From assembly GCA_023953615.1 (NCBI GenBank), contig JAMLJH010000002.1, forward strand, positions 1,040,492-1,104,491: DNA of 64,000 nt, given 5' to 3'. Shown here one piece after another: positions 1 through 8,352 of the stretch (the first letter of the stretch is position 1; every line of letters begins with the position of its first letter). The stretch comes from Verrucomicrobiia bacterium (lineage in GTDB: Bacteria > Verrucomicrobiota > Verrucomicrobiia > Limisphaerales > JADLHS01). The notes under the pieces are model-generated. The model did no database searches, was not told where the DNA came from, and was given only the letters and a program-made list of their open reading frames with translations. Both the position numbers and the translations under genes were made by a program.

Positions 1-156
1 GTGGTGTTGGTGCTGATTTACTACGGTCTGATCCTCGCCGCCTTGGCGCTGCAAAATCATCCGGAGCTGCATCCGCACCTGTTGCTTTGGTTGCCGAATC
101 TGCTCTTTCAGGCCGTGGGCGCAATTTTACTGTGGCGCGCCAATCACGGACTGTGA
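1..156 (+). CDS. LptF/LptG-family (YjgP/YjgQ) permease, C-terminal fragment; 5' end lies outside the window
   Basis: Frame 1 is open from position 1 to TGA at 154-156. The hydrophobic tail ...LLLWLPNLLFQAVGAILLWRANHGL resembles LptF/G C-termini. Confidence 0.5.
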   Translation: MVLVLIYYGLILAALALQNHPELHPHLLLWLPNLLFQAVGAILLWRANHGL

Positions 157-220
157 AGTCGAAGCGTCAAGCTGCACAGTGGGTTGGAAATTAGTTCTGA
201 CCAGGTGGACTGAAGTAGAA

Positions 221-298
221 TGGTCGGGGCGGCGAGATTTGAACTCGCGACCTCTTGCACCCCAAGCAAGCGCGCTAGCCAGGCTACGCTACGCCCCG
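221..298 (-). tRNA. tRNA-Pro (anticodon GGG), CCA encoded
   Basis: The reverse complement folds as a cloverleaf: acceptor CGGGGCG/CGCCCCG, anticodon stem CTTGC/GCAAG with loop TTGGGGT, T-arm GCGAG-TTCAAAT-CTCGC, then ACCA. Confidence 0.9.
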
Positions 299-429
299 AA
301 CCATTGAATTGATTGGTAAAATCGCAGGTTTTTGAGTCCGGCAATTTGCGTTTTTCATACTGTGGTTCCATACCGTGCGAGGTGAAGGAACATTCCGCCA
401 CCACCGTTCGGTGATGGTGAAAAACGTTC

Positions 430-708
430 GTGGCCAATCTCATGCACCACGTCCAATCCGGAAACCATTATGCGCGAATCCGTGTGCGCGGCAAGCTGAT
501 TTGGAAATCCCTAAAAACCGACCGCATCAGTGTTGCCAAACTACGTTTGAGTGATTTTCACAAAGAGGAAAGGCAGCGGGCCGCCGTAAACAAATCCGTC
601 GCCCGTGGAAAAATGACTTTTGGGAATGCGGTGACTGTTTACCAAAAACAACGCAATAATGACCCAAACATCAAGCCCGGAACTGTGGAATATGATGACT
701 ACCGTATG
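430..708 (+). pseudogene. Tyrosine integrase, N-terminal fragment only
   Basis: The first ~92 codons (..HYARIRVRGKLIWKSLKTDRISVAKLRLSDFHKEERQRA..MTFGNAVTVYQ..) look like the N-terminal SAM-like domain of phage-type integrases. The rest of ORF 430-840 is unrelated and there is no catalytic domain. Confidence 0.5.
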
Positions 709-719
709 CCTCCACCAAC

Positions 720-953
720 GGGGAAGATTGGCGGTTGGTGGAACTGCACTCCCAATTTTCCCATCGCCCGCCCAAACTGCGTTTGGGGCGTTTTCCCGGC
801 GATTGGCTCGGCAATGCTGCCCACCCCTTCACACCGATAGATGCTGTCCCGGTCCACATACAGGCTTTGCGGCAACCCATGCCTCTTAGCCCAGCCTTCC
901 AGCATGTCGTAGCTGGCGTGCGTCGTCTCGGCCTCAAAAAACTGTGCCCACAC
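720..953 (-). pseudogene. DDE (rve-type) transposase, internal fragment
   Basis: ..HGLPQSLYVDRDSIYR...TQFGRAMGKLGV.. resembles the integrase-core region of IS transposases. Only ~75 residues remain, with no N- or C-terminal parts. Confidence 0.45.
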
Positions 954-957
954 CCGG

Positions 958-1824
958 TTGCCCGGCCCGCAGATTGCCGCCGGGCTGGGGATCAGCTACT
1001 CTCGCCGCGTGGCCAAGCCAGATTTCATCGAACTACCCGGAGAACCGCCCATCCCGATTCTATACGAAGACCGTTCCGTCCTGGTCATTGATAAGCCGCG
1101 GCATTGGATGCTGGTGCCGTTTTCCTGGCAACGCACCAATCGCAATTTGCAAGCAGCTCTCGTTTCTTCTATCGCGGCGGGAGATTTTTGGGCGCGCGCC
1201 CGCAGCTTGAAATTTCTGCGTTACGTGCATCGGCTGGATGCCGAGACGACCGGCCTCTTGATGTTCGCCAAAAGTCAGGGGGCGGTGGACGCTCTGGCGA
1301 GCCTTTTTGAAAATCGCCGTATCGAGAAAACCTATCTCGCGGTGGTGGCCGGAGCGCCGGTTCAAACTGAATGGACGTGCTACAAAAAACTCGGCCCGGA
1401 CCCTAGACACGTTGGTCGTCAGCGCGTGGATGAACGACACGGCAAAACCGCCGAAACTCATTTTCGAGTGTTGCAAACTGTCGCGTCGCCTCAATTACGC
1501 CAGGCCGCTGGCGCTGAAACCCGTCCCGGCAAATTCTCACTCTCGAAAAATCCAAGACCGCACCAATCATCTGTGTCGAAGCAAACCTTGGTCGAGGCCC
1601 GCCCTGTCACCGGTCGCACGCATCAGATCCGGATTCATCTGGCGGCGGCGGGCACGCCGTGTGTTGGAGACCAACTTTACGGACGACCTCGAACCGGCGC
1701 GGAATTGGGATTACGCGCCATTCGTCTCGCCTATCGGGATCCCTTTACGCGCCGACAGGTCGAGATCGCCGCGCCGTTTCAGGAGTTTTGCCGGGAATAC
1801 GGATTCGACATTCCCGCGTCTTGA
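958..1824 (+). CDS. RluA-family pseudouridine synthase
   Basis: Motifs ILYEDRSVLVIDKP, HRLDAETTGLLMFAKS (catalytic Asp motif) and GRTHQIRIHLA. Confidence 0.85.
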   Translation: MPGPQIAAGLGISYSRRVAKPDFIELPGEPPIPILYEDRSVLVIDKPRHWMLVPFSWQRTNRNLQAALVSSIAAGDFWARARSLKFLRYVHRLDAETTGLLMFAKSQGAVDALASLFENRRIEKTYLAVVAGAPVQTEWTCYKKLGPDPRHVGRQRVDERHGKTAETHFRVLQTVASPQLRQAAGAETRPGKFSLSKNPRPHQSSVSKQTLVEARPVTGRTHQIRIHLAAAGTPCVGDQLYGRPRTGAELGLRAIRLAYRDPFTRRQVEIAAPFQEFCREYGFDIPAS

Positions 1825-1843
1825 GGCATACTCCCCGCCGCTT

Positions 1844-2380
1844 ATGGCATCCGGGTCATCCAACCACGCCCATCATTCTATTCCGATCGAGCAGGGAAAC
1901 CAATTCCTTGAAGTTCGCCAGTCGCGCATCCACGGCACGGGCGGCTACGCACGACAGGACATCCCCGCCGGGACGCGCATCATCGAATACGTGGGCAACT
2001 ATATCAGCAAGGCTGAATCAGAACGACGTTGCGAAGCTGATAACGCCTACATTTTCACCATTGATGACGAGAAGGACTTGGACGGCAACGTCACTTGGAA
2101 TCCAGCCCGATTCATCAACCACAGTTGCGCACCAAATTGCGAAGCGGAATGGGACGAAGGGCGGATTTTTATCAACACCCTGCGCGCGATCACCACGGGT
2201 GAGGAGTTGACTTTCAATTACGGTTACGACCTGGAAGATTTTCAAAATCACGTTTGCCGCTGCGGCGCGCCAACATGTCCAGGTTATATCCTGGCCGAAG
2301 AATACTGGGCGGAAGCGCGCCATCTTCTCGCGCAACAAACTGCGGCGCATCCAGCTCTCGTCACCAACCCGGTCGCATGA
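1844..2380 (+). CDS. SET-domain (plus post-SET Cys cluster) protein lysine methyltransferase-like
   Basis: Motifs RIHGTGGYA, NHSCAPNC, ELTFNYG and the post-SET CRCGAPTCPG. ATG at 1844 is in frame with track ORF 1307-2380; the upstream part overlaps rluA and is rejected. Confidence 0.85.
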   Translation: MASGSSNHAHHSIPIEQGNQFLEVRQSRIHGTGGYARQDIPAGTRIIEYVGNYISKAESERRCEADNAYIFTIDDEKDLDGNVTWNPARFINHSCAPNCEAEWDEGRIFINTLRAITTGEELTFNYGYDLEDFQNHVCRCGAPTCPGYILAEEYWAEARHLLAQQTAAHPALVTNPVA

Positions 2381-3012
2381 ACGCAGTAACCCCATTCCGA
2401 TTGGGCGTCCTCGGCTCGGGACGCGGGTCGAACTTTGTCGCCATCGCGGACGCGATTGCGGCTGGCAAAATTCCGGCGGAGATTGGTCTGGTACTGAGCG
2501 ATGTCGAGACGGCGGGAATTTTAACGGAAGCCCGATCCCGCCAACTTCGGGCCCGCTACATTGCGCCGGGAAAATTCCGTACCAAATTGGAAGAAGGCGT
2601 CGAGCAAACCTACGTCGCAGCGTTGCGGGAAGCGCGAGTGGATTTAATCGTGCTGGCCGGTTTCATGCGGGTGCTCAAGGAAACTTTTCTGCGCGCCTTC
2701 GCCGGACGCATTGTGAACATTCATCCGTCGCTGCTGCCTGCGTTTCCGGGTTTGGCCGCGTGGCAACAAGCGCTCGATTACGGAGTGAAAGTCACCGGTT
2801 GCACCGTTCACTTTGTGGATGCCGGAGTGGACTCGGGCGCGATCATTGGTCAGCAACCCGTGCCGGTATTGGACACGGATACCGCGGCTTCGTTGCACGC
2901 CCGCATTCATACGGCGGAACACGAACTATACCCACGCTGCATTGCGTTGCTGGCTCGCAATGAAATCACCCTCGCGGGTCGTCGGGCCGGACGTCGGGCG
3001 GCAGCGGATTGA
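2377..3012 (+). CDS. purN: Phosphoribosylglycinamide formyltransferase
   Basis: Motifs LGSGRGSN, DLIVLAGFMR, NIHPSLLPAFPG and GCTVHFVD.GVDSG. The ATG overlaps the SET-gene TGA (ATGA). Confidence 0.9.
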   Translation: MNAVTPFRLGVLGSGRGSNFVAIADAIAAGKIPAEIGLVLSDVETAGILTEARSRQLRARYIAPGKFRTKLEEGVEQTYVAALREARVDLIVLAGFMRVLKETFLRAFAGRIVNIHPSLLPAFPGLAAWQQALDYGVKVTGCTVHFVDAGVDSGAIIGQQPVPVLDTDTAASLHARIHTAEHELYPRCIALLARNEITLAGRRAGRRAAAD

Positions 3013-3096
3013 ACTTCGGGTCAGTGTGAAATAAACGCGCGGACGCAAGCAATTCACTTGAGACCGGTTCGGAGACCACATAGGATGACGTCGGTG

Positions 3097-3171
3097 GGCG
3101 GGGTAGCCAAGTGGTAAGGCAGGGCTCTGCAAAAGCCTCATTCGTCGGTTCGATTCCGACCTCCGCCTCCA
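3097..3171 (+). tRNA. tRNA-Cys (anticodon GCA), CCA encoded
   Basis: Acceptor GGCGGGG/CTCCGCC (one G-T pair), anticodon loop CTGCAAA, T-arm GTCGG-TTCGATT-CCGAC, then TCCA. Confidence 0.9.
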
Positions 3172-3172
3172 A
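3148..3172 (+). repeat. attL: 25-bp core (gttcgattccgacctccgcctccaa) formed by the 3' end of tRNA-Cys
   Basis: Identical 25-mer recurs at 16667-16691. Confidence 0.8.
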
Positions 3173-3218
3173 CTTCAAGTTGCACTTTTGCAACGAGTTG
3201 CAGAATCCAGAGGGGGCA

Positions 3219-3242
3219 AGTGCCAGTGAAAGTGCCAGTGAA
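3219..3242 (+). promoter_or_regulatory. Tandem 12-mer doublet AGTGCCAGTGAA x2, candidate arm-type integrase binding sites (int-proximal arm)
   Basis: Perfect tandem copies 47 bp after the att core. The same doublet is at 16464-16487, and a variant doublet sits at the same 47-bp offset in element 2. Confidence 0.5.
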
Positions 3243-3385
3243 ATCAATACCGGGATACGACTCATCATCTACTCCGGCATTACTCGGCAATCACTCGCGA
3301 TGACGGGATTCGCAGCCCGTTTGGTGTAGCTGATACACCCAAAGCCACGTTCAGTTTCATAGCTTCGGACAGAAAGTCTGAACTT

Positions 3386-4462
3386 ATGAAACGTCGTTTC
3401 ATCCTCTACCGTCGCAAGCTCGGGGGCACATTCTACGTCGAGGACACCCAAACCCGAAAGCAGGAAAGTCTCGGCACGAAGGATCGCGCCGAGGCCACGT
3501 CCCTGCTCAACGCTCGTAACGAGTCTGTTCGCCAACCGCAACTGAATCTTCAAATCGCCAAGGCATACTTGGCTGGAACGGATTCAGGCGTCTCGACCCG
3601 GACGTGGCAACAAGCACTCGATGCCATTGTCGAAACCAAGAGCGGTTCAACCCAGGATCGCTGGAAACGTGCGGCGAAAGAAACCGCGTTGGACCATATC
3701 CGCCATCGAGTGATTCTGGAAACGCAAGCCGATCATCTGCTCGCCTGCCTCAAGGCGGGCACGGTCAGCACGAATGTTCATCTGAGGAAGTTGCACAACT
3801 TCTGCCTTTCGATGAACTGGCTGCCGTGGCCGCTCATTCCCAAGCGCCTCTGGCCGGAAGTGCGTTTCAAGGAAAGACGCGCCATCACCAGTGAAGAACA
3901 TCAGCGCATCATTGAGCGGGAAAAGAACCCGGAGCGGCGAAGCTTCTACGAACTCTGCTGGCATCTCGGCGGTTCTCAAACCGACATCGCCAATCTCAAG
4001 GCGGAGGACATTGACTGGCCCAACCAGACCATTGCTTATGCCCGGCAAAAGACCGGCAGCCTCGCAATGATTCACTTCGGGCCGGACATTGAGGCGGTTC
4101 TGCGCCGACTCAACTCAACGGGATATTTGTTCCCATATCTGCAATCCGTTCGCTCTGGCGACCGCGCCACGGAATTCAAGCAACGATGCGAAGGATTGGG
4201 AATCAAAGGCGTGTCGCTGCATTCTTACCGCTACGCTTGGGCGGAGCGGGCGAAAACGTGCGGCTACCCGGAACGATTTGCACAGGAAGCGCTCGGTCAC
4301 AACAGCAAGGCTGTGCATCGCTCCTATTCACGAAAGGCCAAGGTGAGGCTGCCCTCGCTGGAAAGCTACGAGAAGCAAAACGTGGAAGGCCGCATCATTC
4401 CATTGCTTCCGCCCGTGCCGAATCCCGAAAGAAACGGTCACTCGATTTCAGCGGCTGGTTAA
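3386..4462 (+). CDS. Tyrosine recombinase / integrase (intact)
   Basis: 358 aa. The C-terminal catalytic region has HSYRYAW (HxxR), LGHNSKAVHRSY (His and catalytic Tyr) and an upstream Arg region. It lies immediately inside attL. Confidence 0.9.
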   Translation: MKRRFILYRRKLGGTFYVEDTQTRKQESLGTKDRAEATSLLNARNESVRQPQLNLQIAKAYLAGTDSGVSTRTWQQALDAIVETKSGSTQDRWKRAAKETALDHIRHRVILETQADHLLACLKAGTVSTNVHLRKLHNFCLSMNWLPWPLIPKRLWPEVRFKERRAITSEEHQRIIEREKNPERRSFYELCWHLGGSQTDIANLKAEDIDWPNQTIAYARQKTGSLAMIHFGPDIEAVLRRLNSTGYLFPYLQSVRSGDRATEFKQRCEGLGIKGVSLHSYRYAWAERAKTCGYPERFAQEALGHNSKAVHRSYSRKAKVRLPSLESYEKQNVEGRIIPLLPPVPNPERNGHSISAAG

Positions 4463-4641
4463 GCGTTCAGTCTCCGGGAATCGTCATAAGCCGTTCCGAG
4501 TCACAAAAAAATAATTCAAATATTTTTCACCCTGCAAACATTGCAAAAAAACGATGTTGAAACCGAAAACCAGCCAAGTCGCCCCGCATAAAATCAGGGT
4601 GCTTTTGTGTCAAGTGTCGGCGGTGACATCGGTTTTGTTCA

Positions 4642-4974
4642 ATGTTTGCAAGGCTTCGGCTGCCAGATTCGCAGTTCAACAAAAGTGCGCCTGATAAAAT
4701 GATGGAGTCGTTGAATGAATCAGCGACGCAACCAAAAAAGCACATTATGGAAGCAACTGAAATGACGGACACACTCAAAAGCATCAACACGACTCCTCAT
4801 CTTTGTCGGAGCAAGGTAAAACAAACCGCGCTGGAAATTGCCGCCGCGATCCGGCCCGCCAATAAATTCAGCCGGGTTGGGATGAGCTTCGTTGAACGCA
4901 TTGAAGCCAAAGTCCGCGCCGCCATCCGTGAGGAAGTCAGGATTCATCCCAGCAAAGGCAAGACACTTTTATGA
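4642..4974 (+). CDS. Hypothetical small protein (start uncertain; alternative ATG at 4699)
   Basis: ORF in an AT-richer spacer with no recognisable motif. Confidence 0.3.
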   Translation: MFARLRLPDSQFNKSAPDKMMESLNESATQPKKHIMEATEMTDTLKSINTTPHLCRSKVKQTALEIAAAIRPANKFSRVGMSFVERIEAKVRAAIREEVRIHPSKGKTLL

Positions 4975-5005
4975 TGAGTCCAACCGATGCGTTGAATCTT
5001 CTGCA

Positions 5006-5305
5006 TCACGCGCGCCCGCCAGTCTTGTGCTTGCGGGCGTTGCGTTCCCGCCAGTAGCTCGCGATAGCATCGCTGGCGCGAGCGAGCCACTTTTCGTCGC
5101 GGCGGAATTGCTCCAGCGTTTCAGTGGCGAAGAACTTCGTGCTGTTGCGGGCTGGGTGGCCCAACGGCTTCAACAGACCTGCTGCAATAAGCATAGGAAT
5201 CTCGTGCGGCTCAAAACCGAGAAACCAAGCAGCCTGCATCGCATCAAGTCGCGCGGGAACGATCTTCCAACTCAAGAATTCGGTTTGTTGCGCAGTTACA
5301 TTCAT
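5006..5305 (-). CDS. Small HTH / excisionase-like DNA-binding protein
   Basis: 99 aa. The ..LDAMQAAWFLGFEPHEIPMLIAAGLLKPLG.. segment resembles the MerR/AlpA-type HTH of mobile-element Xis or regulators. Its start overlaps the stop of the upstream helicase ORF. Confidence 0.45.
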   Translation of the reverse strand: MNVTAQQTEFLSWKIVPARLDAMQAAWFLGFEPHEIPMLIAAGLLKPLGHPARNSTKFFATETLEQFRRDEKWLARASDAIASYWRERNARKHKTGGRA

Positions 5306-8300
5306 ACGCGGACTGCCGCGCGGCGCTTGGGCCGGGGCGAATGGGCTTGGGTTTGTTTCTCGGAAGTCTTCTGTTCGGTCGCCTCGGGAGCATCCGCATC
5401 AACCTGGCTCGGCGCTTGGTTCTTGGTGAGATCGAGCTTTTCTTCGATCTCACTTTGGCGGCGGGTCAACTCTTGGTAGCGCTCCTCGCGCTCGAAGTGT
5501 GCGCCAACTTTGGTTTCCAGCTCTTTTGCCCGCTTCGTGGCGTCGGCGATGTCGTATTCGAGTTTGGATGCGCGCTCCTCAAAGCCTTGGACGTTTGCTT
5601 CGAGTGAACGAATTGTGCCCTGCGCCGTGTCTGTCACTCGTGCGGCATAACTGTTCTTTCCGCGCACAATCATTTCGACGTTGTTGTTGAAGGTGGGACG
5701 CAGGAACAAATCGAAACCCGCAAAGCGTCCAACCCGCACGTCATCGCCGAATCGGTTTTTGATCTTCTCGGCACGACGAACAATCAATTCTCCGGCAATC
5801 CCCCGGTTGTCGAGAACTTGCCCGTCGAGTTCGATGCTGAACTTGTCGCCCGACGTGTCCTGCCGGAGAGCGATGTCCTGACGCAAGTTGGTGAGCCGTC
5901 CCGCGAACGCCTCGGCGTCCTCGTGCGAGCGACGGAGATTGGAGCGGATGCGGTATTGTTCCTCGGCATGGGCGGAACGCAGCCGCGTGAGACGGATCAA
6001 TTCCGCGTCCACCTGGGCCTTTTCAATCACGAGCGGATTACCGGAAGCAATGGCCTTCACCTCGGCGTAGGTCAGTGCGGCCGAGTCCAAATCTTCAAGG
6101 CGGCGGATCGTCATGTCGCCGCTCATCACCTGCGCGATGAACTTCGCCTTCGTCTCCAGTGTCTGCCACATATAGGCGTCAAAGCTCCCCTCCGTGACGT
6201 AGCGGAAAATCTGGATGACGGAATTCTTGTTTCCCTGCCGTAGAATCCGTCCCTCGCGCTGCTCCACGTCTGCCGGTCGCCACGGCGCATCGAAATGGTG
6301 CAAAGCGATGAGGCGTTCCTGAACATTCGTTCCCGAACCCATTTTCTGTGTGCTGCCGAAAAGGACACGCACCTTGCCCGCCCGAACGTCCCGGAATAGA
6401 GACAACTTCGCAGCATCGGAGTCATAGTCTTGAATAAAGGCGATTTCCGCACTCGGCACGCCAAGCTTCTCCAGCTTGTCCGCCGCGTCACGATAAACCG
6501 AAAAGCCCTTGTCCTTCGGCGTCGAGAGATCGCAAAAGACGAGCTGCGCGGAACGCTCCGGCTTCGACTCCTGCCAGATGAGGAAAATGTTTTCGACCGC
6601 CTGATTGACTTTGCCCTGTGGATCGTCCTTCGCGGCTGGCTTCATCAGCCGCAGATCCAAAGCAGCCTTCCTGCCCTCGGACGTAATCTTCAGCATGTTG
6701 TCCACGCTTGGATCAACACGATTGGCTTTCAGGCGCTCCGCGCGCTTGGCAAGTTCCTGAACAAATGCCTTCAACTCTGGCGTTGCTGGCGCATTTCGGA
6801 TGGTTGGCCTTTCGCCATCAAGCTTTGGCCGGGGCAAATTAAGCATTGCAGCGGTTTGCACGTCGGCGGACTGGCGGAACATCTGCATCAGCTCCGGCAC
6901 ATTGATGAAACGCGCAAAGCGCGTGTTCAGACGGTAGCCCGCGCCGTCCGGCGAAAGCTCCATCGCCGTCACCGGCTCGCCGAAAGTGGCCGCCCACGAA
7001 TCGAAGTGATGCAGATTATGTTTCTTCAGCGCGTCGTGCTGGAGATAACGCTGCATCGTGAACATTTCGGCCATGCTGTTGGCGATGGGCGTCCCGGTGG
7101 CGAACACAACGCCGCCCCCGCCGTTCAACGACTGGACGTGGCGCACCTTCAAATACATATCGAACGCCCGCTCGCTCGCGGTCTGCGGAAGCCCCGCGAT
7201 GCGTGTCATCTTGGAAACGTAGAACAGATTTTTGAAGTAGTGGGCCTCGTCCACGAGCAGCCGGTCCACGCCAAGTTCTTCAAACGTCAGCGTGTTGTCC
7301 TTTTTGTGTTCGGCAGCCAGCGTTTGAAGTTTGGCTTCAAGCCGCTTCTTCGCTTTTTCCAGTTCCTTCACCAACCGGCGATTAGAACTGTCGGCGTGTT
7401 CCCGGCGGATCATTTCCAGTTCGTGAAGCTGCTCCTTAAAAAACCGCTCCTGCGTTTCGCGTGAAAGTGGGATGCGTTCAAAACCGGAGTGCGTGACAAT
7501 GACGGCATCCCAATTGCCAGTCGCGATGCGGCTGAACAGTTTCTTGCGTTTGTGCGACTCGAAATCCTCCTTGCCTGCGGCCAGGATATTCGCGCCCGGA
7601 TACAACGTCAGCAACTCGGTAGAAAACTGCCCGAGCATGTGATTGGGGACGACAAACATTGGCTTGCCAGAAAGACCAAGCCGCCGCGATTCCATCGCAG
7701 CGGCAACCATCGTGTAGGTCTTGCCTGCGCCGACGACGTGGGCGAGCAATGTGTTCGGCGTTTGCAGAATCCGCCAGACACCGGCCTTTTGGTGCGAGTG
7801 AAGTTGAATCGCTCCGCTTGCGCCCGGCAACGTCAGGTGATCGCCGTTGAAGGTGCGAACGCGCGTGTGATTGAACGTGTCGTTGTAGAGGCGGCAAAGC
7901 CGTTCGCGGCGCGAGTCATCCGACCAGACCCATTCCTTGAATTGTTCTTTGATGCGTTCCTGCTTTTCGCGCGCGGCCTCGGTTGACTGCGCGTTCACGA
8001 CAGGCTTTTTATCCACCATGTCATAGACCGTAGGCGTTTTCAGATTGAGCGCGTCTTCAATCAATTCGAGCGCGGTATAACGGTCAGTTCCCCAATCTGT
8101 CGTGTTTGCAGTCGCGCCTTTCGCTTCCCAATTCGCGCTGATATGCCAAGTGCCGAGTGCGTGGATGTGGCCGATTTCCACACCGGACGGAATGTGGAGC
8201 AATCCATTCGTGAAATCCTGCACGTCCCCTGGCGGCAGCCAGGACGCGCCAAGGCGAACATCAATTTCCGTGGCCGCGAGGTCGGCTGAAATGAAGTCCG

Positions 8301-8352
8301 TCACCGCAAGCGAGGCCGTCCAATGGGCGGAGGAGCACTTGTTCGACCGCAA
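5302..8352 (-). CDS. SNF2/DEAD-like helicase, matching the C-terminal part of the large methylase-helicase proteins of conjugative elements; appears 5'-truncated
   Basis: Motifs LLAHVVGAGKTY (Walker A / motif I), LLVDEAHYFKN (motif II) and FGSTQKMGSGTNVQ...DAPWRPADVEQREGRILRQGN (motifs V-VI). The N-terminus begins in the LGASWLPPGDVQDF linker with no methyltransferase domain upstream. Confidence 0.7.
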   Translation of the reverse strand: MRSNKCSSAHWTASLAVTDFISADLAATEIDVRLGASWLPPGDVQDFTNGLLHIPSGVEIGHIHALGTWHISANWEAKGATANTTDWGTDRYTALELIEDALNLKTPTVYDMVDKKPVVNAQSTEAAREKQERIKEQFKEWVWSDDSRRERLCRLYNDTFNHTRVRTFNGDHLTLPGASGAIQLHSHQKAGVWRILQTPNTLLAHVVGAGKTYTMVAAAMESRRLGLSGKPMFVVPNHMLGQFSTELLTLYPGANILAAGKEDFESHKRKKLFSRIATGNWDAVIVTHSGFERIPLSRETQERFFKEQLHELEMIRREHADSSNRRLVKELEKAKKRLEAKLQTLAAEHKKDNTLTFEELGVDRLLVDEAHYFKNLFYVSKMTRIAGLPQTASERAFDMYLKVRHVQSLNGGGGVVFATGTPIANSMAEMFTMQRYLQHDALKKHNLHHFDSWAATFGEPVTAMELSPDGAGYRLNTRFARFINVPELMQMFRQSADVQTAAMLNLPRPKLDGERPTIRNAPATPELKAFVQELAKRAERLKANRVDPSVDNMLKITSEGRKAALDLRLMKPAAKDDPQGKVNQAVENIFLIWQESKPERSAQLVFCDLSTPKDKGFSVYRDAADKLEKLGVPSAEIAFIQDYDSDAAKLSLFRDVRAGKVRVLFGSTQKMGSGTNVQERLIALHHFDAPWRPADVEQREGRILRQGNKNSVIQIFRYVTEGSFDAYMWQTLETKAKFIAQVMSGDMTIRRLEDLDSAALTYAEVKAIASGNPLVIEKAQVDAELIRLTRLRSAHAEEQYRIRSNLRRSHEDAEAFAGRLTNLRQDIALRQDTSGDKFSIELDGQVLDNRGIAGELIVRRAEKIKNRFGDDVRVGRFAGFDLFLRPTFNNNVEMIVRGKNSYAARVTDTAQGTIRSLEANVQGFEERASKLEYDIADATKRAKELETKVGAHFEREERYQELTRRQSEIEEKLDLTKNQAPSQVDADAPEATEQKTSEKQTQAHSPRPKRRAAVRV

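Noticed and set aside
1307-1843. 5' extension of the SET-domain ORF (357 aa in the track).
   Set aside because: It overlaps the rluA coding frame almost completely and is Arg/Ser-rich. The SET domain begins right after the ATG at 1844.
3219-3242. Whether the AGTGCCAGTGAA repeats could be a miniature CRISPR or other spacer-repeat array.
   Set aside because: There are only two directly abutting 12-mers per site with no spacers, and the repeats are far shorter than CRISPR repeats. Their position relative to the att cores fits recombinase binding sites instead.
6430-7464. Long antisense ORFs opposite well-supported genes. Examples: 6430-7464, 20339-21133, 29010-30179, 36693-37427, 37514-38224, 40463-41323, 46124-47317, 49793-50596, 50896-51642, 61470-62090, 63161-63943.
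   Set aside because: Their products are Arg/Gly/His-rich and low-complexity with no motifs, while the opposite strand encodes recognisable proteins. These are typical shadow ORFs of high-GC DNA.
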